Origin: Paramecium tetraurelia
Lineage: Eukaryota
Direction: 5' to 3'
NCBI GenBank assembly: GCA_000165425.1
Contig: CT868196.1
Span: forward strand, 434,001 to 498,000
DNA: 64,000 nucleotides
The notes beneath the pieces were generated by a model. That model worked only from the letters and a program-made list of their open reading frames with translations, was not told the origin of the DNA and ran no database searches. How positions within the stretch are numbered: the first letter of the stretch is position 1; each line of letters opens with the position of its first letter. Shown one piece after another: positions 38,031 to 52,581 of the stretch. The translations under genes and the position numbers were made by a program.

Positions 38031-41000
38031 ATGTTTGAAGGTCTTATATAGAAAGTATTGTTAGCCATCTTCGGACGGTTTATCGATGGACTGGACAAGA
38101 AACAAATTAATTTGTCTTTTTTGAAGGGGAATTTGGTTATTGAGAATGTTTCGATAAAGAAGGAAGCCCTTGAAGCCTTGCAATTGCCGATTGAATTGGT
38201 GTACAGTTCAATACAGAGAATCGAAATAAATCTTCCGTGGAACAAGTTGACGAGTTAAAGAACAGAAATAAAGATCCATAGTGTATTCCTGTTAGTCACC
38301 ACTATTTCAGAAGAGATGTGGGGATTGGAAGAGATGAATTATTACGAGCCAAAGGCAGCCCAAGTTAGAGCCTACATTAAGAAGCTGATGGATGAAGAAA
38401 TCAGGAAATAAGAGCCGACGACGGATAACCAAGAGTCAGATCAAAAAGAGGCTGGGTTTTTTCAAAAACAAATAACCAGAATATTCGATAATCTTTACAT
38501 ATCAATTTCTGATGTGCATTTTCGATATGAACATTGTATTAGCAAGCATTCTTTTTCATGGGGCATCACTATAAATCATATAACCTAATAGACAGTAGAT
38601 TCAGAATGGAAAATTTCATAAACATCTTCTCCCTACATTCACGATCGCAAGGACTCGACCTTTGTCAACAAACAAATGCAATTATCCAAATTGGCAATGT
38701 ATTGGAATTCCGACGATCATTATCTCATTTTGAGTAGCATCATTAAACCATAACAATACAAGAATGTTGATCTCCAAAAGGTGGTGAGCAAAATGGACCC
38801 TTACAAAGTTGACCTGGATCTTCATCAACGCACAGTCTATCAGATAGATGAAAAAATGCAGGCTAGAATACAGTCCAGACTCTAATAGGAATTGGTCTAT
38901 GAGCCAGATAATTTGACCATGGGAATCAAAACATCCAAATCCTCTAAATACATCTTTTGTCTCAATGCAGTGGCCAATGTTGTACAAACATATTAACATT
39001 TTCGAAAAGTCCCAAAATACAAAATTAAGGTGGAATTACAAGAAATGGATTTTAAAATCAAGCATACCCAATATAAGGAGATCTTAAAACTAGTATCCAT
39101 ATTTAATCTCTACTAATACAGAGCAAAATAGCAGATGGACTTATATCTTACATCTGTTATGAGACCTTATCAATAAGATTTTCTTAAAATGGACAACAAT
39201 TCTCTCTACCTCAGGTCCTTATTTCAGTATCTCGTCAAGACTTAGATCCTTGAAATTAGAAGAAAAAGATTCCTTGAATTCGAAATGAATGCACTCCAAA
39301 GAAAAACCACTCCATCAGCTCTCTTGAAATCGTAACGCAGAGAGTTAAGACAGTATCAATAAATTGTGATAAAGACCTCAATAACTACCTTATAAATGTG
39401 GGCCAAACAGGCTTTAGAAATATTCGAGAGAGCCAAAGAGCACCATCAAATTGAATAGGCATTCAAGAAAGAAATAGAAAAAGCATACAAACCATCGGCA
39501 TTAATGGATGAAGAAACTTATGTGTATTTGGAATTTAGATTGTCTATTGTTAAAGGCAGTCTAAAATTGTTGAGGAAGCATAAGAACTTGGAGGAAGGAT
39601 TCACAATATTGTGGAAGAATTTTGATTACTTTTTGTAAAAGAGGAGAAATAATTTTGAACTGGAATAAATTATACAAGACATGGAGGTGTAGATGTTTAG
39701 TGTTGAAGAGAAGAATGATATAATTGTACCTATTGTGAAGAAGATAAAAAGTTATGATATTTAAGAAAAACCCCTCATCTACTTTAAGTTAGAAAAGCAT
39801 CCCTTGTCTAAACCAAATTATTTCAGTAGTATCTATTTGGATGTACAAAAGATTGAATTCATGGTCTTTGTAGCCTCTTTATAAAGAGTGATTGCGTATT
39901 TTAGAATGCCTCCTCAAGATGATAGACAACAGGAGGGCAAAGTGAAAGAAAATGCAAACAAGAATAAGAAGGAGTAGAAAGACAAAAGGGATGATCCAGA
40001 TTCAGATAAGAAAATGGAAACTTAAACCAAAAATTATATCAACATTACTATTCAATCCCCTATTGTTATCATTCCCAATCAATAAATTAATGATTTACAT
40101 TCAGATTGCTGGGTATTGAAATTAGGAGACTTTGAAATAATCACTGTTGATGATAGACAGGTTCCAGGGTTTATCAAGTTAGGGTCGGATCATTACAGAA
40201 GATTGGGCTTAAGTGGAGAAAGCATCGGAAAATAAAAAGGAGCAGAGCAGTCTATCTTGAAAATCCACAACGAAAAAAATTAGTTGGTAAATCAATTCAA
40301 TTTTAATAATGTGAATTCAATCAATCCTTTGGAAAAATCAACTTCTATCCAAAATTTGTTACAACCATAATTGTCCAACCCATAAGGGACAAAATAAAAG
40401 AAGCAGCATAAAGCTTAGAATTATGAAAATTACATAATGAAGTTAAAATCAGTTTAATTGCAATACTTTTCATCCATTCATTACTTTTATAATTACTAGA
40501 AGTTGAGTTCAACTTAAAGAGGCATGGACATCTTGAATAATCCTTTGAGAATCAGATCTAAGAAATATGATGTTCTAGAAGACTTCTCTATGGAATTGAA
40601 TCTCTATTTCAAAAAGACCAGTCAAGCAAATCTCCCTTAAACGATGATCAACTTTGAATTGCCTTCTTTAACTGCCTCAATCAATCCAGAAGTTCCTTAT
40701 ACATTTTAAAAGTTGATGTAAACGATAAATGACTTAAGTGCTGATCAATCCCTAAGTAGTATATTATAATAGGAGAAATCTAAATTGATTAAATACAGTT
40801 CATGCAAAGGAATCCTGAGAAAAAGAGGGAAGTTCTTAAGATCATGGTCATCCTACTTTGCTGTATTGTCTGGATGGTATATATACTTGTATCAGAATGA
40901 AAGCGACTTAGATTACAATCAATACGTTGGACTGCGAGATGTAGTTGTATCTGAAGCATAATAAGATATTGGAGTGTAGAACTCGTTCAAGATCAAATCC

Positions 41001-44000
41001 AAGAAGGAGATCATCTACTTTTAGGCCAAAACTGCTTAGGAGAAGAACAGGTGGTTCAAATTCATTCAGTAGAAGATTCATGACATCAAAACTAAAACTG
41101 GAAATCTCAGGATTGGATCAGAAAATACAGTACCACAATAAAATGATAAGAGCAGACGAGAATTTGAATAAACAGTCAAATAGGTACCTAAATAGAAGGA
41201 CGAATTGCTGACTAAATATAGATTTCAAATTAAAAGGTTTTAAATAGAGTTAAAATACAATCAATAATCAGAAATACTAATCACATTTGATTAAATCAAA
41301 TTGCTGAGTCTTTCAGGAATAACCGACAATTATTAAGAATTTACTATCAATTCTATTTCTATTGAAGACCATGGGTAATCCATTTTGAGATCTATCCATT
41401 ACTCTTAACCTAACACTCCCAATCTCTTTAAAGTCAGATCTAGTATGGACGAGAACTAATTATAAAGGAAAATTCGATAGGTGATTGATTTTAAGGAAGA
41501 GGATCAAATTCAAGGGGCAATAAGAGTTAGGATTTGCAACACAGATACTCATTAGCCCAATGAACCCCAATCATACATCGTGGCATAGCTTTCCTCTTTG
41601 GAAGCTCATTATTTAGAGTCTTTCCTCTCTAAAATCAACTTATTCATGGTCCGACCTTCTCTTCAGAAAACCAAAGAGAGCACCACTGATTTGAGTGAAT
41701 ATACGGATTATACTCCATAAAATACAGCTATGAAATAGTACGCACCAAATCAAACTAGCGAGACTAAATTTTTGTAGACTAGATAGGATTTAACAAAAGG
41801 GAATATTAAGAGTGTGAGATCATTTACTTTACAGAAGTCATCTGTTTCAGATTCTGATGTGCATGACGGATAATTAGTTGAAGGGGATGGTAAACTACCT
41901 GAAAGTATCATTAAGGTCTCCATTTTGACTCAGGATATTAAATTGATTGTAATGGTTTAAGAAAATGAGAAGGAAAAGGAAAAGGAAAAGCCAAAGGAAT
42001 TTCTATAGATATAAGTGAATTTAATAAGTGCAGTGTTGAAGATTGATGATGACGAATATTTTATTGAAGGTAATATATAGAAAATTGAAATCATTGATTT
42101 AAAGTCAATACAAGGAAATAAACACATGTTTTTGGGGAAAAAGGAATAGAAAGAGAGGAAGAGAACCAAGGAGGAAAAGAAGAAGAAAAGTATAGGCTTA
42201 ACCATATTTTCAAATAATCATTAAGTTGAAAAATAGATGGTTTAATTTAAATATTCAAAATTCAAAATACCTAGCAATAATGATAATATTTCAAATGATC
42301 TTAACTTAATCGTAAGGGACTGTTTTATAGATTACTTACATGCCACGATTATAAAGGTGCTAAGTCTATTAGAGATTTCTTAGAAGAAGAAATAGGCAAA
42401 TAACGAAGAGAATGAATAGGACTTAGAATTGATTAAATAAAGACTGTATGCTCCATCTTTGATTAAAATTAAAATCTTACTTGAAAATCCTAAGATACTT
42501 ATTAAGCCTGCTGGAAATATCAGTTAATCATTTGAACTGCAGATAAAGTCAGTGTGCTTTGAGTTGGATGCAAGCAAGGAAAAAAATAAGGCTATTGAAA
42601 TGTATGTAAGGTAGAATAAGAAACAAAGCCTCGCAGCTCAACAATAGGATTTCTTCTCTTGGTCTTAAATCATAGTGGTTTCTGCAGATACAATGAGGAT
42701 ATTTATAAGAAGCACATCAGATTTATAATTCATATCAAATTCTTTTTCTGCTGCTCTGAGAATACAAACTCCTATGTTTGTGAGTGAATGTGAAACACTA
42801 TACCCAAACATTGTTCTTAATAAGAATTAAGACATCAGGATAAAAGTGACTGATATTCAACTCAACATCCTAAGAAATCACTATCTATTTTTACTATAAG
42901 TTATGCAAACGTAATATGAGATTCAAAGTCAGAAGACTCAGAGAAAGAGAAGACAACAACAATAGCCCAAAAAATAGAACCAAGCATCATTGATATTCAA
43001 ACTATCAAAAATAACAATTAGATTAATGGATGAATGTAGTTTATTTCAATCACAAGGAACATTTCTAAGACCATTGATAGATTTAAGTCTATTGGATATT
43101 GTATTTCAATTCAAAACTAATTTATCGTTGTAAGTCTCAGATTTTAAAAGCACTTATTATTAGTATCCTTAAAAGGATGATCCTAATTTGATAGTGAGAA
43201 TACAACATGTCATCAATGATATTAATTTGAATAGGAGGAAATTAGATGAATTTTTAGATGAAGACATTTTGGAGAACAAAGCGAAGGAAGCGAAGGAGTT
43301 GATTAATGAGATGAAAATAGAATTTTATAATGAGTTAACAGTGAGTAGATTTGATTTAGATGACAAATTGATTGTAAAAGCAATATTAGGAGAGGACTCT
43401 ACAGATGTCAATATTTCTATTGGAGAATCGAAATACTTGATCAATGCATATTATCTGAAGACCATTGCTTTGTTTTTTGAAATACCTAAATATGAAGAGG
43501 ATATGTAAAGTTAGTAATCTCCATCATCGTAATAGGCAGTTCAAAGTAATTATAAATAAAAATAACCTCTATTGAATGTGAATGTCATTTTATTAAAGAC
43601 TCTGATTATCACTCATAACGAGAAGTTAAAAAATTGTTTGGTTTTGTAATTAGATTCCTTCATGAAATTGAATGATGAACTAAATAACGAAGCTCATAGT
43701 AATTATCATTATAAGAACAAAGAATAATACACAAATCAATCTTCAATTAAAAATAGAAGATTTGAACTTAGTCTAACTGTGTCATTATTTAATACAAACT
43801 TCGCAGCCTTTTAAAAGTTATCAAAGTAAAATAAGAAAAAGATGATTTTATATCCAATCAAAATTGAATTCAATAGAAATTAATTCGTTTGCAATTGTGA
43901 TGTCAATTATTCAAACTATAAGACCGATGGCCAGAATGAATTAATATCAAATATCATCATATAGGATTAATTAAGATTTGATAAGATTAGAATTAATATT

Positions 44001-47000
44001 TCACATAATGATTCTGCTCTGATTCTACAGACAATAAAGTTTCAATAGGATTCAATTAAATTATGTGACTAATTTTTCTGTGATGATGAGGAATCATCAT
44101 TGAATGAAACCATAGCTCGTTAATGGCCTATTAAACCAAGTCTAGGAGTCGAAGAAACGATCCTTAGTAGAAATGAAACTAAAAAGAAAAGTTTCTTGCC
44201 AGGTAAATCTCAATTAGTAAGGTTGAAATCGAGTCTATTGCAAGCATCATAGTAGAAGGATGAAGTAGTCTAAGTGTTTTACGCGACAGGAGATTAAGAG
44301 ATGGAAATGGTGAAGGAAGAAGAGGTTTTATCTGAATAGGAGCAATAATTTGAACCAGTTAGACCAACAATGAAAATCAGTAAGATGAAAATAAAGTTGG
44401 ATCTTTTGGAGATGGTTTTGGTTAATGACATTAATAAATCATTTGCTCCATTATTACTGTTTAGATTCAATGTCAAGAAATTTATGTTTGATCAGAATGG
44501 AATTAGTAAAGCAATTAGATGTTTATTCTAAATTGAATTGATGTATTTCAATCCAGTTGCCAGTAAGATGGAACCCATTATAGAACCATATCTATCAGAA
44601 TTATTCATAGTTTAATAAAATCAATCCATGCAAACCATTCACATTAATGGACTGACACCAATTTTGGACATGAATCTATCCACTGACATGATACTCAATC
44701 TATACAAAACATTGACTTAATGGCAATAATTAGAATAAGATGATGAAGCAGCAACCTTTAGAAGAAATGAATCCAAAAAAATTACTAGGTTATCCAGTAT
44801 GAAAGGTATATCATTTAAGGAGAACTAAGATAATGTGACTCTCTTTTCATTCATTAATAAGAGTGGGTATACTCTAAAAGTGTAGAAGAATGGGAATGAG
44901 GGATTAATAGAAATCTCCAACAATGATTCTAAAAATTATGAAGTACAATCTCATGATGAGGATTATGCTAAGACCTTTGAGAGTGATACAAGACTCATAA
45001 TTAAATTTCTTGATTCTAATATGGTATAAAATACGATCAACAATGTTCCTATCAATTATGCTGGAGTTAAAAAACTATAATGGAATGATTAGACTTAATA
45101 TTATGTGCTCAGTACCTAAATTGAAAAGTTGTAGAAAACAATCACCATTTATTCTCCTTACATGTTTGTTAATCAGACTGATTGTGATTTGTCAATCAAA
45201 TTATCATGTATTAAAATCACTAAAACCTTTACACTCAAACCAGGTGAATAAGCAGCAATGCCATAAGAATTGTATAAAGATGATAGTTTTATTGTCATTC
45301 ACTTCTTGGATTCCAAATACATCAAATTAACTTAACCAAACGAACCCATATTTATTAAAAGGATATTCCATGACATAACAATATAAATACTCCACTAGCC
45401 ATGCTATACATTAGCCACTCTCAATACAACCTTGGTTTAAAATGTCAAATATATTGAATTCAAACCTGCCTTCATTCTATACAATTTATTACCAGTCCCT
45501 CTTCAGTTTTTGTTTCATTCCAATGAAAATCCAGATCTACAAAAACTCATGATTAACCATTATAAAAAACCAGGTACTACCATTCAATATGATAAACAAT
45601 AATCAGGATTTTCTAGAGGGAACTCCCTTTCTCATTTATAAAATGATTAAAATGAAAACCTCGCAAGGTCTGTCACAGTCACAGAAATCAATTAAACAGC
45701 AACAATCAAGGTTGAAGCTGGCCTAATTGAATTAGTTCCTTAAGGGGAATTATAATTGCATTGGTTAAAGACTGGTGACCACCTGGGAATCAATTTACAT
45801 GTCAGTGGATTCGAAATAAGTTAATAACAGGATATCATGTAAGCTACCGAATTTGAATTGAAGGACACTTGCAATAGTTAAAGTTGCCACATCAAAGTAG
45901 AAAAAGAGCAGGTGAAATAAACCAAATTAATTTATTTTTCAGTCCAAACTTGTATTATAAACACAACTAGTCGGGGGTTGAAATATTACACCTTATAAGA
46001 TAATAAGCCCATAATTTTATCTGGACAAAATAAAGAACCTAAACCAGACAAGGAATGCTTTGAAAGTAATTATGAGAAAATATAAATTACTGATACAATT
46101 AAGTATCTAATGATTGGAGTGGATGATTGTATTTCCAACGAAGTTAATGTAGGTATTTTAGGCTCATTGGGTCTGTAATTGAAGGAAAAGAACGGAGGTA
46201 TGGTTTCATTAAATGAGTTTGGTATCCACATTTCTTTGGCAAATAATGTGATACGAAAGGGGGTTTATACTAAGGTCATTGAAATAATGCCAAGATTTGT
46301 TATAATCAATAACACAGGGGTACAAATTAACATATGTTAATCTGGATATGAATCATAACCAAAAAAAATGAATCCCAATAAGCGATATCATTTAATTTGG
46401 CCTGATTGTAGGTTAGAAAAATCAATACGAATTTAAAAGTATGGCAAATACAATTGGAGCGGAGACTTATTCATTAATGAAATCAGAAGTACAAATTTCT
46501 TTTCTTCTGCTATCAATGAAAATAGCTAATAGATGAGCAATCTCTCCATCGAATAACAGAAGAGTCGAATATTTGAAAAATCAGGCATTTATAAGTAATT
46601 CAATCTAAAGAAATATGATCCTTAGGAATTTCTAAATTATAAAGAATCCTTACCTTTATAAGCCTCAATGGTATGTTCATCAAGTTAGGAGTTCTTTAAA
46701 GATTGTCTGTTCCTGACAGCTGAAATCACAAAGGTCAAAGCCACTAATTTTATTTTATTGGAATAGCAACATGAGGAAAATCAACTCTACAAACTAGTCA
46801 ACAAGTGTCGTCCATTTAAGATTCATTACGGATAAGATAGCTACAATAGCTTTTAAGAATGGGTATTGGATTGTGATTAAACGGTGCCTTTTTCATGGGA
46901 GCAGCCAAGTCATTCTTTCAAACTTAGAGTTAAATTCGTCTACAATCAAAAGATTGAACATGTTGAAATCATTGACTTTTAATAATAGGAAAGTCTTTAG

Positions 47001-48977
47001 GAAATCAAGTTTTCAAATTATTTTATTTGGATCAAGTCTGAATTTTAAGGATAAACCAGAGTCATCACATTCCAATAGGTTAATGAATCAATGAGGAATA
47101 TGACTACATCTCATAAACGAGAAGTTGAAGATATTCACAAATTAATTAAATTGCACATATCTCAATTGGGTATTTCCATTATCACAAAAAGATAAAACAC
47201 GCTTCTCGAGGCTAATTATATATACATGAGTGGCATTGAATTAGGAATCATGCAGACAGAAAATTAGACGACGGCATAGTTGCAAATTAAGTTTTTCCAC
47301 ATTGACAATAACACATCTTTAGACACAACCACACCTGTCTTGATGACTTTAAGGAGATACTACTAAGTCACACATGATAGAAATTATTACTTTTTAGATG
47401 CTAGTTGTTCCTTTGAACATTAAGTCAAGGCAATTCTATTATACAATTCCATCAAAATTTACATATAACCCTTCTAATTGCAGTTTGATGAAGAGTATAT
47501 TCAGGTTGTTCTTGAAACCATCAAGCAAATCAAGTAAAATCTATAGAATTAATTTGAATTTGAATACAACGGTTCACCACACTCAATTAAATCGTTATGT
47601 TTCTAAACTCCTCAATAACGACATTATTATTTAGAGTCTATGTCCTAGCAAAACTAATCCAACCCTTGTATTGTGTGGAAATCTCTTGAAATTAATAGAT
47701 CTAAAAAGTAGGTTTACATCAAGGAGTTTGTTCTCTCTAAAATAGATTTAAGATTCTCATTTCATAAAAGATTCAGAACCAATATCCAATATGATGAGAA
47801 TGTCTTTAATCTGTTTTCTACAGCCATTGGAGCAACAGTCTAAAATTTTAATGATGCTGAAATCATACTTGACTGTTTCAGATTAAGATCAGTCTATGAT
47901 TCTAAGGAAATAGTACTCCAATCTATTTAAGATCATTATAAGAGTGAGATCATTAGAGCCATTCTAAAAATTATTGGCTCTATTGAAATCATAGGCAATC
48001 CAGTCAAATTCGTTCAATAAATCACTAATGGAATTGTTGATTTTGTTGAGATGCCAATTCAAGGCATAAGACATGGTCCACTTGAATTTGGAGTTGGATT
48101 ATGCAAGGGTACGGGATCTCTCTTAAAAAACACAGTAGCTGGTGCTTTTTATTCAGTTAACAAAGTCACTGGATCTATTAGTGCAAGCGTTTCGCTATTA
48201 TCGATGGATGACGATTACTTGGAAAAACGTCGAATATTTATGTTGAAAAGACCTGATCATGTTTTGGATGGACTGTCGTAAGCAGGACATTGTCTCTATG
48301 ATGGTTTTTCGAATGGAATTACTGGAGTAGTCACATAACCATACTCAGAAACTCAATAGAACGGTTTTAAAGGATTTGTTAAGGGAACACTCAAAGGGTT
48401 ATCTGGATTGATTGTTAAACCTATAGCTGGAGTTCTGGATGCAAGTGCTAAAGCAGCCGAGGGAGTGGTTTCAACTGCCACACATTTCGATGATAAACCA
48501 AACGATACAAGAATTAGGTATCCAAGAATTTTCTATGAGAAATCCAAATACTTTTAAAAGTATATTGCTTTAGACGCTCAAGTAGTTAATTTTCTAGTTG
48601 GATTTATGAATGGGAAATACAAAGACATTGAACTCATTACATGTTTTCATTTGAAGGAATCAGAAACATAACTTAACAATATGCAAAGACAAATATTATC
48701 GGCTACTAAATCGATTCATGAATGTTTTAAGAACACTTCGAAAATTCTAATATTATCATATTAATATATCTTAGTGCTTGAAAACATGACACTTGTCTAA
48801 GAAATCATTACAAAAGAAATTGCTGAAATATTAGAACCGATCAATGGATTTTTAAGAATCTTAACTGAATAGAAACAAAATATTGACATCAACATACTCT
48901 TAGACGAAATCGATTTCAAAAAGGCAGCTTCATTATTAGATTACTTACATTAATAGGTCAAAAGTTAATATGATTGA
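38031..48977 (+). CDS. VPS13: VPS13-family lipid transfer protein (~3648 aa) with internal PH domain
   Basis: Chorein_N start MFEGLIQKVLLAIFGRFIDGLDKKQINLSFLKGNLVIENV; MEPIIEP motif; VAB-type TKVIEIMPRFVIINNT; C-terminal ILKIIGSIEIIGNPV...GLCKGTGSLLKNTV...GLSGLIVKPIAGVLD...RIRYPR. The span is 10947 nt = 3649 codons, and three ORF-track fragments fall in the same frame. Confidence 0.95.
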
Positions 48978-49168
48978 AATTCTTATCTTTATTTTTTATT
49001 ACAATTTATTCTGAACACTTATAGTATATGCAATCTAAAATAATATAGAATATTCAGTCAATCTATATATAATAAATGAATTTCTATTTCCTGTTCTTTA
49101 GGATGTATATTTAAATAGCAAGTAAAATATAATTAAATTCATATTATTTAATTTATTATTTATTAATA

Positions 49169-49854
49169 ATGAAAATGACATCATTATTAATTGTAGCTTT
49201 ACAAATCTATTCTTCGTTGGCAGTTCTTGGATTTGATTTGAGTGCTAAACATGATGATTTCTAATGCTTCGTAAAGAATGGATATTAATTTGCTATTACA
49301 AGAGCATACAGAAGTTTTGGAGCAGTGGATCTAGATGGGTATTAAAATTTGGAAAAAGCAAAGGCAGCAGGACTATTAGGAGATGTCTATTTCTTCCCTT
49401 GCAAAGGAAGTATTAATATACATATAAACATTTAGAAAAAACTGCAAAGGCTTAGGTTTAAGAATTCGCTTAGGTTTTTGGCAATCAATAAAGTTAAGTC
49501 TACGGAACAGTTTGGGTTGATGTTGAGAGCAATCCAAGCACTGATTGTGGCTGGACCACCGATTATGCAAGCAATTGCAATTTTCTTTAGGAAATTGTAA
49601 ATGAATTGAAAGGAAGCAGCAGATCTGTTGGAATATATGCTTCATAATATTAGTGGACATCGATTTTTGGAAGTGCATCAGCATGTTCTCACTTTGCTTC
49701 TCTTCCATTATGGTACCCTCATTATGATCAAACACCAACCTTTGACGATTTCCCTAAATACAAATTTGGTGGATGGACTACACCCAGCATCAAGTAATAT
49801 TCAGGTTCATCTACAGTTTGCGGTGTGGGTGTTGATTTAAATTATTATAAGTGA
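49169..49854 (+). CDS. Secreted glycoside hydrolase family 25 lysozyme (protist/nematode Lys type)
   Basis: Signal peptide; LGFDLS, FAITRAYRSFGAVD, DVYFFPC, catalytic WVDVE, LWYPHYD, FGGWTTPSIKQY...CGVGVDLNYY; one intron. Confidence 0.9.
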
Positions 49855-49896
49855 ATGAAATAATATATTTATGATTAAATTTTTATCGAATATTGC

Positions 49897-51697
49897 ATGT
49901 TTTTAATAAAATACACTGAGACTTTAGATCATGATATTGATGATATTGATACGGTTATTAGTTTATACTAGACCCATGAGAGATTGATTACTGAAAATCT
50001 AATCAAAATTGTACTCCCTTCTTTTAAGAAAATCGACTTTTTTGAGAAACACAGGCCTTAGGAAATTTCACTCGAAGATTTCATCCGCAAAGCCATTCCC
50101 TACTTCAGATATGAGGAGTATTCCTTTGGAGAAATCCTATATAACATAGGAGAGGAAAAATAAAAATTGTTCATTGTGTTGGAAGGATCAGCTATGGAAT
50201 TTGTTCCTATTAAAAAAGAACATCTTGTTGTTTAACAGTGTAGCACACCAGTCAACCAAAAAAGCAAAAGACCTGCCCGTTAGATCGAAATATGGGAACT
50301 TGTTATGCGCATGTAATATCATAATCCTCTTTATTGGAAAGGTGGATAAGTTTAGTTCCAACAAGTATTTCTATTAATCTTCATCCTAGAATGAAGTTTA
50401 TAAAGTAGGCTAGCATTTTGGAGACCTATCAAATGACGAAAATGCTAAGGAGACTGTAATTGCCAGTAGCTAATTATTGTGCATTTCAATGAAAAAGTCA
50501 GACTATAAGTTATTATTTGGAAGAGAATTGGCTTAAACAAGAAAAAATTTAGATTTCTTTAAAAATTTATTTCATAATGTTAGTGAAAACAAATTGTTGT
50601 AATTTATTAATTTTACAAAATAAATTTCCTTTGAACCCAAATATCAATTATGGCAAAAAGGAGATGAACCAAAATTTATGATTTTTGTAATTGATGGTCT
50701 AGTTGAAACCTATCACTACGAAAACATCAACATAGGAAAATCCTTAACAAGAAGATCCAAAATCTCAATTAGAACATAATCAACTGGATGTTTGGTTGGA
50801 GCAGAGGAAATTATTTAAAAATCATAAACTCGTGAATATAGCTGCCAATGCATTAGTAAAACAGAGGCATTTCTTATTAGAAAGGAATAACTAGCACTTC
50901 TCACATAAAAGTTTTATGAAATCTTTCGCCAAATGAATTTAATATTATCCAAAAATATATAATTGACTACTGAAAGAAAGAGGGAAATCTATAAAAATAC
51001 TCCCTTGAGAGATAGTAGAAGGTTATCTTTATAAAATACAAATTCTCAACCAAACACTGCTGAAAATAATTGCATAGAAAATTATTATTGTACTCCAAGA
51101 AAAATAACTAAAGATAAGATAAGATCCTCTATTAAAGGTGCTTTAAACTTAAAAGAAATTGTCAAAGAAAATTAATAGATGTCAAAATCATAATAAAATT
51201 TGGCTAATACTATTTATCCAATCGAAAATTCAGAACACTATGAAATTATGTTAAGGTTTTTATCCAATGGGTCATAGAATTAAAATGCTCAAATTAAAAA
51301 TCCTTTATAATTTCAAAACTGTTTAGAAAAAATTAAAAAGAAAATTTACTCTAAAAAGTTCAATTCCCAAAAAAAGTTCCTTTTCTCACCTTAAATTTAG
51401 GTTTCTAAACTTAATTGTGAAGATCCAAACTCTCAACCAGTCTCTCCCATGCCATTAGACAATGCTACTCTAAGGAATAGACTTCAATCAAGATGTTTTG
51501 AAAATAATTCAAACAATAAATCAACAACCACTTAAATTTTTAGTGCAAGATAATCTTAAATCGACTTTGAACCTCATCAAAATGATGATACAAAAAGTTG
51601 TGCTTAATTTCGAAATTTCTTTTAAATAACTAAACCATTATTTTTTGTAAAATCAAAGGATGATCGATTATTATCCCAATAAACAGATAGGAAGTGA
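49897..51697 (+). CDS. Tandem cyclic-nucleotide-binding domain protein (divergent)
   Basis: YEEYSFGEILYNIGEEKQKLFIVLEG...VGQHFGDL and LWQKGDEPKFMIFVIDGLVE...LVGAEEIIQNHKTREYSCQC; low-complexity C-terminus. Confidence 0.75.
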
Positions 51698-51908
51698 AGT
51701 ATGAATTTAAAAATGACAGTATTTTTTCAGATTTTAATATTTATTAATTTTATTCGTTGATAATTTCATATTCAATTTAAAAAATTTTTATAATTATGAA
51801 TTATTTGATCCTGAATTCAATACTTAATATAATCTTGAAATATCTATTCAATGTTGAAAGTACATAAAATTAAGAATATTAAATATTAACAAGAAATATG
51901 AAATTATG

Positions 51909-52557
51909 TCAAATGAACTTTTTTGATTTGAAGAAACTCTTCAATTTACGAGCTTAAACAAAATTTGTTAAAACCATCAATATCAAAGTGCCAACACTAA
52001 AAATTATTATTTTATATGAAATATTGCTAACATTAGAAAATCTTGTGGCTTGTCTTTCTTCAATCTCTTTTTATTCTTGCTAGAATTGATATCAATCATT
52101 TATTTACTTCAACTGAATTTATTAAACCATTCAATTTCTTCAGATGTATCTCTATTGGTTTTAAGTCTTCCTTCTAGGCTACTAATGAAAAATCTTAAGC
52201 ATCCATTCCTGTGGCTAAATTAAAGCTAACATTAAGTCCAACATTTGCTAAGTTATGTATGCAAAATTAATAATTTTCTTAGGTGTTATTTGTAGTGAAT
52301 GAAAACTTTTGCAATTCCAAACTATGAGCATACTGTAAAATACTATCAAACTATTTTTATGGCACCTTAGTGTTTAGGATTATTGGTCATACATGTATTT
52401 TCAATGAATATTCACTTGAATTAGCCTAAACAGAACCAACAACCAGACTATTTTATCCAATAATTTCCCCAAAGCATTTCAACTCCTTTGATTTTAATGG
52501 GAATGTAAATTGTATGCCTAATGCTCCATAAAAAAGAATTGCAAATAAAGGTAACAT
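51909..52557 (-). CDS. p24/emp24/gp25L (TMED10-like) cargo receptor
   Basis: Signal peptide, IQFTFPLKSKELKCFGEII (GOLD domain), coiled coil, TM segment and dilysine-type tail RKLKSFFKSKKFI-TGA. Confidence 0.88.
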
Positions 52558-52581
52558 TACGTGTAATAATATAATAAATAA

